Assembly (NCBI GenBank): GCA_963760595.1
Contig: CAVXDO010000004.1
Coordinates: forward strand, 22,002 to 86,001
Source: Candidatus Bathyarchaeota archaeon
GTDB lineage: Archaea > Thermoproteota > Bathyarchaeia > Bathyarchaeales > Bathycorpusculaceae
DNA length: 64,000 nt
Reading direction: 5' to 3'
Below the pieces are notes generated by a model. It did no database searches, was not told the DNA's origin, and saw nothing but the letters and a program-made list of their open reading frames with translations. Numbering within the stretch: position 1 is the stretch's first letter; each line of letters begins with the position of its first letter. The position numbers and the translations under genes were made by a program. Positions 54,446 through 62,292 of the stretch are shown here, piece by piece.

Positions 54446-57400
54446 GTGTTCGCCTCCAGTAATGTGGCTTTGACCTGAGCAAGTATCTCTTCCGTCGTGA
54501 AGTGCCCTAATGTGATGGCTTTAGTCGGACATGCCGTACCACATGCACCGCAGCCTTTGCACAAGGCTTCGAGCACATGTGCGATTTGTTTTCCTTCCTT
54601 GTCTTTCATTTCGACTGCACTATACGGACAGAGATGTTCACAGATTCTACAACCACTACATAAATCTTCGTTAACGTTTGCGATAATTCCTTCCATCTCA
54701 AGCTTCTTCTTAGACAGTATGGTTGTCGCCCTCGCCGCGGCTGCACATGCTTGGGCAATGCTTTCTTCAATGTACTTTGGCGAGTGCGCCATTCCGCAGA
54801 GAAAAACGCCGTCAGTGGCAAAGTCCACAGGTCTGAGCTTCATGTGTGCTTCTAGGAAGAAACCGTCTTTGTTCAATGGCACTTTGAGCATTTCGGCTAT
54901 TCGCTTGTTCTCAGGATTGGGCACTGTAGCGGCGCTTAAGACCACGAGGTCTGGTTCGATCTCGATCTTCTCCTTGAGTACAGGTTCCCAGAAAGCCATC
55001 TGGAGCTTGCCCGTTTCCCTTGTCAGTTCTGGTTTCCGTTCATCGTCATAGTTTATGAACATAACTCCTTTCGTTGCAGCTTCGCGGTAATAGTCTTCCT
55101 TGAACCCGTATGATCGAATGTCTTTGAACAGTACGTAGACTTCTGTTTCTGGGCTTACCTCTTTGATTTTGAGGGCATTTTTTACTGCTTGCCCGCAGCA
55201 TATTCTTGCGCAGTTCGGTCTTTCCTTTGTTCTCGCTCCCACGCATTGCACCATGACGACATTCTTGGCCTTGAACTCGCCATTTGCAAGGTCTTCTTCC
55301 AACTCATGTTGTGTGACAACTCTCGGGTCCTTGTCGTAGAAGTACTCTGTCGGCCTGTATTCAACTGCGCCCGTGGCAACTATTACTATGCCATGGTCAA
55401 CTTCTTTCTCTTTCCCACTCTGCTGGCGTATCTTCGATTTGAAATTGCCAACAAAACCATAGACATCAGTGACTTCGGCGCCGGTGTAAACGTGTATTCT
55501 ATCGTTCTCCATAATGGCCCTAACCATAGCGTTCAACCTGCTCTTTGGATCATCCTTCTCTTCTAGCAAGTAGCGAATCGTACGTAGGTGACCGCCCAAT
55601 TCTTTCTCTTTTTCGACAACGTGCACTTCAAACCCCTGGTCTGCAAGTTCCAAGGCTGCAGTCATCCCGGAGACGCCGCCGCCTATGACGAGGCCGACTG
55701 GTGTAACGTTTATCAACGGTTTCTGCAAGGGTTTCAGAAGGGCCGCTTTGGCAACTACCGCCCTGACCAGATCCTTGGCTTTTTCTGTCGCCTCTTTCGG
55801 CTCATGCATGTGCACCCAGCTGCATTGATCTCGGATGTTAGTCATTTCAAACAAGTAGGGATTAAGCCCAGATTCTTGAACTGTCTCCTTGAAAAGAGGT
55901 TCATGTGTTCGAGGAGTGCAGGATGCTACGATAACTCGGTTGAGCTTGTTCGCTTGGATTTTTTCTTTGATTAGCTTCTGTGTATCCTGCGAGCACGTGT
56001 AAACATTCGCTTCAGCATAAACCACGTTTGGCAGGGTTCTTGCGTACTTCACTACTTGGGGAACGTTCACCACTCCGCCTATGTTGATGCCACAGTGACA
56101 GATGAAAACACCGATGCGTGGCTGCTCTTGGCTTACGTCTCTTTCAGGCGGATATTCTTTTGCCGTTACTTGTGTGCCTCTTTCGCTCGCGATTACGCCC
56201 ATCGCTCTTGCTGCTGCACCGCTCGCCTGTGCAACGCTTTCAGGGATGTCCTTCGGCGCAGAGAATGCGCCACATACATAAACCCCTGGCTTTGACGTGT
56301 CCATCGGGGAAAAGGTCTGGGTCTCGCAGAAATTGTATTTGTTAAGCTGTATGCCCAAGTTCTTAGCCAGGTTTTCGACGTTCTTAGGCGGTTGCATCCC
56401 GATTGACAGGACGATCATGTCGTACTCTTCGGTCATGGGCGTTTCATTCTCAACAAAGTGAACGAGAAGGTTGCCAGTCAAGGGATCTTCGGTTACTCCT
56501 GCAACTCTTGACCGGACGAACCGTATGGCATATTCCTCTTCAGCACGGTTTCGATAAGCGTCAAACTCTTTTCCGTAAGAGCGCATGTCCATGTAGAAGA
56601 TCGTCGCGTCAAGTTTCGTCGGCGTGTGCTCTTTCGCTATGACTGCCTCCTTCATGCCGTACATGCAACAGGCAGCTGAACAATAGTTGTTGCCAAGCTG
56701 ATAGTCCCTTGAACCAACACACTGGATGAAAGCCACTCTCTTCGGAATTTCACCGTCTGAAGGTCTTAAAACAAGGCCACCATAAGGTCCGGAAGCGCTT
56801 AAGATGCGTTCAAATTCAATACTTGTCACAACATTCTGGAAACGTCCATAACCATATTCACTCTTCAGTCGAGCATCGAAGGGTTCGAAACCAGGCGCAA
56901 GAATTATTGAACCTACCTTGAGCGTTGTTTCACTATCTTTCTGGTCGTATTCGATTGCTCCGGCTTTGCAGATTTCGTAGCACGTACCGCAGCCGATGCA
57001 TTTGTCGCGGTCAATCTTGTACTTCAGCGGAACTGCCTGCGGGTAATCAACGTAGATCGCACTTCTCTTGCCCAGGCCCTCATTGTACATGTCAACGACT
57101 TCAATTGGACATTTCTGTGCACAGACGCCGCAGCCATTGCACTTGTCTTCGATTATGTAACGGCTTTTCTTTCGAAGTTTTACTTCGAAGTTTCCAGCTC
57201 CACCGTCTAAGCCCGTTATCTCAGCGTTTGTCAAAATCGTGATGTTCGGGTGTCTTCCAGTTGCTACGAGCTTAGGCGAGAGGATGCACATTGAACAGTC
57301 ATTTGTGGGAAACGTCTTGTCAAGCTGAGCCATTACTCCTCCTATGCTCGGTGCCTGGTCAACAAGATACACTTTGAAGCCGGAGTCGGCTAGGTCTAGG

Positions 57401-57465
57401 GAGGCTTGTATCCCTGCGACTCCTCCGCCTACGACGAGAACTGCTCCAACTTTTCCGGTTGCCAT
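54442..57465 (-). CDS. hdrA: HdrA-type flavoprotein, long form with two FAD/NAD(P)-binding modules and three ferredoxin-type inserts (1007 aa)
   Basis: Module 1: [77 protein letters not shown]. Module 2: [16 protein letters not shown] (HdrA N-domain), [17 protein letters not shown]-terminal [12 protein letters not shown] and [12 protein letters not shown]. Confidence 0.9.
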   Translation of the reverse strand: MATGKVGAVLVVGGGVAGIQASLDLADSGFKVYLVDQAPSIGGVMAQLDKTFPTNDCSMCILSPKLVATGRHPNITILTNAEITGLDGGAGNFEVKLRKKSRYIIEDKCNGCGVCAQKCPIEVVDMYNEGLGKRSAIYVDYPQAVPLKYKIDRDKCIGCGTCYEICKAGAIEYDQKDSETTLKVGSIILAPGFEPFDARLKSEYGYGRFQNVVTSIEFERILSASGPYGGLVLRPSDGEIPKRVAFIQCVGSRDYQLGNNYCSAACCMYGMKEAVIAKEHTPTKLDATIFYMDMRSYGKEFDAYRNRAEEEYAIRFVRSRVAGVTEDPLTGNLLVHFVENETPMTEEYDMIVLSIGMQPPKNVENLAKNLGIQLNKYNFCETQTFSPMDTSKPGVYVCGAFSAPKDIPESVAQASGAAARAMGVIASERGTQVTAKEYPPERDVSQEQPRIGVFICHCGINIGGVVNVPQVVKYARTLPNVVYAEANVYTCSQDTQKLIKEKIQANKLNRVIVASCTPRTHEPLFKETVQESGLNPYLFEMTNIRDQCSWVHMHEPKEATEKAKDLVRAVVAKAALLKPLQKPLINVTPVGLVIGGGVSGMTAALELADQGFEVHVVEKEKELGGHLRTIRYLLEEKDDPKSRLNAMVRAIMENDRIHVYTGAEVTDVYGFVGNFKSKIRQQSGKEKEVDHGIVIVATGAVEYRPTEYFYDKDPRVVTQHELEEDLANGEFKAKNVVMVQCVGARTKERPNCARICCGQAVKNALKIKEVSPETEVYVLFKDIRSYGFKEDYYREAATKGVMFINYDDERKPELTRETGKLQMAFWEPVLKEKIEIEPDLVVLSAATVPNPENKRIAEMLKVPLNKDGFFLEAHMKLRPVDFATDGVFLCGMAHSPKYIEESIAQACAAAARATTILSKKKLEMEGIIANVNEDLCSGCRICEHLCPYSAVEMKDKEGKQIAHVLEALCKGCGACGTACPTKAITLGHFTTEEILAQVKATLLEANT

Positions 57466-57466
57466 C

Positions 57467-57510
57467 TTATTCGATCTCCAATGCTTTGTGAAAAGTGCCT
57501 ACCCCCTCTA
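57467..57510 (-). repeat. Short duplicate of the 3' end of the upstream mvhD-like gene
   Basis: TTCGATCTCCAATGCT (57470-57485) matches TCCGATCTCCAATGCT (57559-57574) at 15 of 16 positions. On the minus strand the spacer translates ...LEGVGTFHKALEIE-stop, versus the gene end ...VEGQTPFYRALEIG-stop. Confidence 0.55.
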
Positions 57511-57555
57511 GGTTTCGATGTATCGTGGATATTTGGATCCAAATAGGTTCACCAT

Positions 57556-58332
57556 CTATCCGATCTCCAATGCTCTGTAGAAGGGGGTCTGTCCTTCAAC
57601 ATGGTCTAGGGTTATCATGTTTCTTCTGCGCATATCCACGACTTGTTTGAGCACATCCGCTGGTTTCATTTTAACTGCTTGCGCCAAAGCTTTTACTGAG
57701 AGCGGCTCATTTTTTGTCAAGAGGTGAATCTTGTGTCGAAGGAACTCGGCTTCAACAATTTCGTCGAGCAACGAATCGAATTCTTCTTGAGAGATTTTTT
57801 CTTCGTAAACATTGCTCTTTTCCGTCAGCTCTCTTTCTTTTCCAACCAAGACTCTCAGCCTAAAGTCTGAAGCAGCGTTTTTTGCCGCTTGGAGGTTGTC
57901 GAGAATTTTCTGGGTTGGCGTTCTTCCTGACAGTGGTGAAGGCCCCAGTTTCCTTATTTGCTCCGTGAATTCAGTCACTATCTGCGCAAATCTTTGACCT
58001 TCGGATGCTGAAACCCATTCTAGTCTCAGTCGTTCGGGTTCCATCCCTGTCAGGGCGATTAGCTTCTTTAACATTCTGATTTTTCTTTCTTCGTACAGGT
58101 TTCCTTCAACGTAGTGGCAGTCGCCTGGGTGACACCCTAGGATCAGGACGCCGTCGGCGCCTTTCATTAAGACTTCCAAGGGAATTATCGGGTCTATTCT
58201 TCCGCTACACATCACTCTGACGATGCGTATGTTGGAAGGATATTGTATTCTGCTTACTCCTGCTAAGTCTGCGCCAGCGTAGCTGCACCAGTTGCAGAGA
58301 AAACCGATTATTTTAGGATCGAACTCGCTCAT
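57556..58332 (-). CDS. mvhD: MvhD-domain protein with about 115-aa C-terminal extension (winged-helix-like)
   Basis: The N-terminus [45 protein letters not shown]...GCHPGDCHY is MvhD. The C-terminus ...LSVKALAQAVKMKPADVLKQVVDMRRRNMITLDHVEGQTPFY resembles a helix-turn-helix plus wing. Confidence 0.85.
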   Translation of the reverse strand: MSEFDPKIIGFLCNWCSYAGADLAGVSRIQYPSNIRIVRVMCSGRIDPIIPLEVLMKGADGVLILGCHPGDCHYVEGNLYEERKIRMLKKLIALTGMEPERLRLEWVSASEGQRFAQIVTEFTEQIRKLGPSPLSGRTPTQKILDNLQAAKNAASDFRLRVLVGKERELTEKSNVYEEKISQEEFDSLLDEIVEAEFLRHKIHLLTKNEPLSVKALAQAVKMKPADVLKQVVDMRRRNMITLDHVEGQTPFYRALEIG

Positions 58333-60034
58333 TTTGTGTTCCTCCTAGAGCTGCAGTTGCTTCGGCTAACACTTGGGCGTCGCTGAAGTGCCTCATGCTT
58401 ATGGCTCTTTCGGGACAACTTGCAGCGCAAACGCCGCAACCTTTACACAGAACGTCATTCACTCTTGCGATTCCCCGTTCGTCTTTTTCTATGGCGTTGT
58501 AGGGACATAGTTTGATGCACGTTCCGCATCCTGTGCACTCGCTTTCTTCGACGAATGCTGTTATGGCTTCTGTTCTCACCCGTTTGACCGCCATTGGAAT
58601 GCCTGCTCTCGAGGCAGCAGCGTAGGCTTGAGCGATGCTTTCGGCGATGGTCTTGGGACTGTGAGCAGTTCCGCACACAAATATTCCGTCTGTGGCAAAG
58701 TCCACTGGTCTAAGCTTGACGTGTGCTTCAAAGAAGAAGCGGTCAGCTCCCAGTGGGACTTTCAGGATCTTAGAGAGCTCTTCAGCTTCTTCCTGTTGGA
58801 CAAGAGGCGTAGACAGTACGACGAGGTCAGCGTCAAGTTCGATTGTGGCATTGACCAAGATGTCGTGTACCCGCACGGCAAGTTTTCCATCAGGTCGCGT
58901 GAAGACTTCTGGCGGGTTTTCGACATCGTATCTTATGAATTGGACAAAGTTCTCTCTGGCTTGTCTATAGTATTCTTCAAAATCTTTACCGTAGGTTTGC
59001 ATGTCTCTGTAGAGGATAGAAACTTCAGCTTCTGGAACCAGTTCTTTGATCTGTAGGGCGTTCTTTATGGCAACGGCGCAACATATTCTTGAGCAATAGT
59101 TTCTTCCTCCCTCTTTTTCCTCCCTAGCGCCCACACATTGAATAATGACGACATTTTTCGGTTTTCCAAGTTTCTTTTCTTTCATGAGTTTTTCAAGTTC
59201 AAGCTGAGTGAGCACGTTCTTGCATTCGCCATAGTGATACATGTTATGTGGTTTCAGAACGTTTGCGCCCGTGGCAACGATTATTGTTCCAATATCAAGG
59301 GTTTCGTCTTTTCCCTCGTGATTGATTGTTGCTTTGAAGTTTCCTATGAAACCTTCATTGCGCTTCACAGTCGATGAGGTGTAAACGTCAATGTTTACGT
59401 TTGAGCGTACTGCTTGAACAAACTCCTCCAAGACTTCTGAGGAATGGCGATCGTTTGGGTAGAGCTTGTAGAGTTCAAGCAGCTTCCCGCCGAGCTCGTT
59501 CTCTTTTTCAACCAGATGCACTTTGAATTTCTGGTTTGCAAGGCTGAGTGCGGCACTCATTCCTGCTACTCCGCCGCCTATGACGAGAGCTGAGGGTTGA
59601 ACGTCTATTTCGGGTTCTGTCTGTGGTTCAAGCAATGCTGCCTTAGCCACTGCCATTCTAACTGTTTCCTTAGCCTTTTCGGTGGCTTTTTTCGGCTCTT
59701 TGGAATGTACCCAGCTGCATTGCTCACGTATGTTGGCCATGTGAAACAGGTACTTGTTCAGTTCAGCCTCTTCACAGGCACTTCTGAAGAGCGGTTCATG
59801 TGTTCTAGGTGTGCAAGAGGCTACAACCACTCTGTTCAGCTTGTATTTCTTGATTGCCTCTTTGATTTTGCTTAGTCCTTCAGATGAACACATGTAGAGG
59901 TTGCCTTCGGCGTATGTGACATTAGGCAACGTTTTTGCGTATTCAACGACTTCTGGAACGTTGACTACGCTGCCAATGTTGACCCCGCAGTGACAGACGA
60001 ATACTCCTATTCGAGGTTCATTGTCTTCTTTCAT
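58313..60034 (-). CDS. hdrA: HdrA-type flavoprotein, C-terminal-module homologue (equivalent to residues about 440-1007 of the long HdrA)
   Basis: MKEDNEPRIGVFVCHCGVNIGS, VIGGGVAGMSAALSLANQKFKVHLVE, CTGCGTCIKLCP, CKGCGVCAASCP. Its ATG overlaps the stop of the preceding ORF (ATGA at 60031-60034). Confidence 0.9.
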   Translation of the reverse strand: MKEDNEPRIGVFVCHCGVNIGSVVNVPEVVEYAKTLPNVTYAEGNLYMCSSEGLSKIKEAIKKYKLNRVVVASCTPRTHEPLFRSACEEAELNKYLFHMANIREQCSWVHSKEPKKATEKAKETVRMAVAKAALLEPQTEPEIDVQPSALVIGGGVAGMSAALSLANQKFKVHLVEKENELGGKLLELYKLYPNDRHSSEVLEEFVQAVRSNVNIDVYTSSTVKRNEGFIGNFKATINHEGKDETLDIGTIIVATGANVLKPHNMYHYGECKNVLTQLELEKLMKEKKLGKPKNVVIIQCVGAREEKEGGRNYCSRICCAVAIKNALQIKELVPEAEVSILYRDMQTYGKDFEEYYRQARENFVQFIRYDVENPPEVFTRPDGKLAVRVHDILVNATIELDADLVVLSTPLVQQEEAEELSKILKVPLGADRFFFEAHVKLRPVDFATDGIFVCGTAHSPKTIAESIAQAYAAASRAGIPMAVKRVRTEAITAFVEESECTGCGTCIKLCPYNAIEKDERGIARVNDVLCKGCGVCAASCPERAISMRHFSDAQVLAEATAALGGTQNERVRS

Positions 60035-61347
60035 GGCTTAGCTTCCTCCGTCGTGCACACTATTGTTTCTGCTGCTCTCGCTGCTGCTCCACTTGCCTGC
60101 GCGACGCTTTCAGGTATGTCTTTCGGGCTTTGGCAGTATCCGCAAATGTATATTCCAGGAATGTTTGTGTCTATTGGAGCTGTGAGTTCGTCTCTAGATT
60201 TGAAGAATCCGTATTGATCAAGTTCTAAATCCATTGCCTCGGCGAACTTCTTGTTGTCTTCCTTGGGGATTAACGCTGGGCATAACACAACCATGTCTGC
60301 CTTGATCTTCTTCATCTCACCGGTCTTCATGTCTTCATAGTGGATTTGAAGACTTTTCGTAACTGGGTCTTCGGCTATTCCACCTGGATGCGCTTTGATG
60401 TACATGACTCCGTACTCTTTTTTCGCCCTGTCAACAAATTCTTGGAACCCTTTTCCAATAGCCCTCATATCAATGTACATAATGTATACTTGTGTTTCTG
60501 GAGCGTGTTCTCTTATCAATATTGATTCTTTTGTTGCGTAAACGCAGCAGACGCTTGAACAAAAAGGAAATTCACCCCGTTGGCTTCGTGAGCCAACACA
60601 TTGAACAAAAACCACGGTTTCTGGCTCTTTTCCATCTGAAGGTCTGACAAAACGCCCTCCTGTAGGACCGGAGGCGCTTATCAGTCTTTCAAACTCCAGC
60701 GACAAGATTACGTTTTTGAATCTTCCGTAGCCGTATTCACTCATAGTTGAAGGGTTAAAGGTGTCAAAGCCTGTAGCGAGGATTATTGAAGCGACATTCA
60801 CACTCATTTCTTCGGGCTTCTGCTCATAGCTGACGGCGTTTGAAGGACAGACCTTCTCGCACACTCTACAAACGCCTTTTGTAAAATACAGACAGTGTTC
60901 AGCGTCGATTGTCGCGATCAGAGGAACTGCTTGTTTGAAAGGCATATAAACGGCTTTTCTGTTTCCGATGCCCATGTCAAATTCGCTCGGAACTTTCACC
61001 GGACATTTTTCCATACAGGTCCCACAGCCGGTGCATTTTTCTGAGTCTATGTAGCGGGGTTTCTTCAGGATCGTAGCAGTGAATTTGCCGGCGTTTCCTT
61101 TGACTTCCTTGACTTCTGAGTGGGTCAGAAGCTTGATGTTTGGGTGTCTGAGGCATTCGATCATCTTTGGTGCGAGAATGCAGATCGAACAGTCCAACGT
61201 TGGAAAGGTTTTGTCAAGTTGAGCCATCCGTCCGCCTATGCTGGGAGTCTTTTCAACAAGGTAAACCTTGGTGCCTCTGTTGGCTAGATCTAGTGATGCC
61301 TGTATTCCTGCTATGCCGCCTCCGATGACTAGAACTGAGTTGGGCAT
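60031..61347 (-). CDS. hdrA: HdrA-type flavoprotein, N-terminal-module homologue (equivalent to residues 1 to about 440 of the long HdrA)
   Basis: [86 protein letters not shown]. Confidence 0.9.
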   Translation of the reverse strand: MPNSVLVIGGGIAGIQASLDLANRGTKVYLVEKTPSIGGRMAQLDKTFPTLDCSICILAPKMIECLRHPNIKLLTHSEVKEVKGNAGKFTATILKKPRYIDSEKCTGCGTCMEKCPVKVPSEFDMGIGNRKAVYMPFKQAVPLIATIDAEHCLYFTKGVCRVCEKVCPSNAVSYEQKPEEMSVNVASIILATGFDTFNPSTMSEYGYGRFKNVILSLEFERLISASGPTGGRFVRPSDGKEPETVVFVQCVGSRSQRGEFPFCSSVCCVYATKESILIREHAPETQVYIMYIDMRAIGKGFQEFVDRAKKEYGVMYIKAHPGGIAEDPVTKSLQIHYEDMKTGEMKKIKADMVVLCPALIPKEDNKKFAEAMDLELDQYGFFKSRDELTAPIDTNIPGIYICGYCQSPKDIPESVAQASGAAARAAETIVCTTEEAKP

Positions 61348-61358
61348 GAGTTGGGCAT
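61337..61358. repeat. Perfect 11-bp tandem duplication spanning the hdrA (N-module) start codon
   Basis: GAGTTGGGCAT GAGTTGGGCAT on the plus strand. On the minus strand this reads ATGCCCAACTC ATGCCCAACTC, which creates a second, out-of-frame ATG 11 nt upstream. Confidence 0.9.
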
Positions 61359-61392
61359 CTTCCTTTTTTAGCTACATGCGTAACTGTTAGAA

Positions 61393-61409
61393 GGTAAATA
61401 ATCTTTACG
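61393..61409 (-). promoter_or_regulatory. Putative BRE/TATA box of the hdr-mvh gene block
   Basis: Minus-strand reading is CGTAAAGATTATTTACC, about 36-46 nt upstream of the start codons. An AAAAAGGAAG purine box precedes the ATG. Confidence 0.4.
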
Positions 61410-61563
61410 TTTGTAAAACCCGTTTTTAATGGGTAGATCGTCAGTGCTCCACGTCTGAGGCATGGTGATTTTTCCCGCTATGACATATGTCATATTGATC
61501 ATCGGACCGCGGAACCTAATAAAGCTTCTCATGCGCAAATGCTCATTACAACAAACGTGCGGG

Positions 61564-61827
61564 TTACTTTTTCTGAGTGATTTTCTCTATCTTGAAGGTT
61601 GACACGTTACCTGTTGCGGCATCAATTTTGAAGGTCAACTTCTCCTCAAAGTAGTGAGCTTCCACATTCCAATATTTGCCTTTATCATCGCACTTGACCT
61701 CATAGAAGGAGCTGGGTATGTTATATCGCCACATCGATTTCGCAGCTTCCATGGCAATCTCTTTTGCGACTTGTGCATCCGCAACACGCAGCGCTCCACC
61801 CATCCGCATTCCCCAACGTACTGGCAC
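61564..61827 (-). CDS. Small hypothetical protein, PepSY-like pattern
   Basis: AQVAKEIAMEAAKSM...YEVKCDDKGKYWNVEAHYFEEKLTFKIDAATGNV loosely fits the PepSY domain pattern (...vDAxTGxV). Start uncertain. Confidence 0.45.
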   Translation of the reverse strand: MPVRWGMRMGGALRVADAQVAKEIAMEAAKSMWRYNIPSSFYEVKCDDKGKYWNVEAHYFEEKLTFKIDAATGNVSTFKIEKITQKK

Positions 61828-61848
61828 ATAGGTCCGGCATGCCTGGGA

Positions 61849-62121
61849 CTAAGACTGAGTCACCTGAGAAGTCGTCTGTTCTAAGATGTGAACTTGCCCT
61901 TCGTCTTTTTGAGGGGCTTCTTTAACTGTTTCGTCCTTAACAACGACTATTTCATGAGGTTTGCCGGCAGATGCTGTTTCAACACGCATGAACCCTTCCA
62001 AGCGTAGACGAATAGCTTCTGAAACAAATTCTGATACGCTGCGGCTTCGACCCATTTCGATGGTTTTTTGGATTTCCTTTATGAGTTCTTGTTTTATGCT
62101 TACGGTTTTCCATTCGGACAT
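61849..62121 (-). CDS. Ribbon-helix-helix (CopG-like) DNA-binding protein
   Basis: KTVSIKQELIKEIQKTIEMGRSRSVSEFVSEAIRLRL fits beta-strand, helix, helix. Acidic/polar tail. Confidence 0.6.
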   Translation of the reverse strand: MSEWKTVSIKQELIKEIQKTIEMGRSRSVSEFVSEAIRLRLEGFMRVETASAGKPHEIVVVKDETVKEAPQKDEGQVHILEQTTSQVTQS

Positions 62122-62292
62122 TTCTGAAAGCCTCGCTTAAATCTGAGATATGAATGGTTGAGGATTCTGCGATTTAGAGTTTTCCCCGGACGTTGCATCA
62201 TTGCGTAATGCTTGAACCTTCATTTGACAAAGTTGAGGTTATACATGGATCGTTTGAAATTTCGCCGGAAAGTCAGACAAAATAGCTTTTTG

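Noticed and set aside
60031-60034. Possibility that the split HdrA reflects a recoded stop (selenocysteine TGA), as in some methanogen Hdr/Vhu proteins.
   Set aside because: The downstream ORF is in a different frame and begins with its own ATG overlapping the TGA (ATGA). Read-through would not restore the protein.
61564-62121. The ribbon-helix-helix gene followed by an 87-aa ORF, considered as a type II toxin-antitoxin pair.
   Set aside because: The downstream protein shows no toxin family features (no PIN, RelE, MazF or HicA-like motifs) and looks PepSY-like. The gene order and 21-nt gap alone are not enough.
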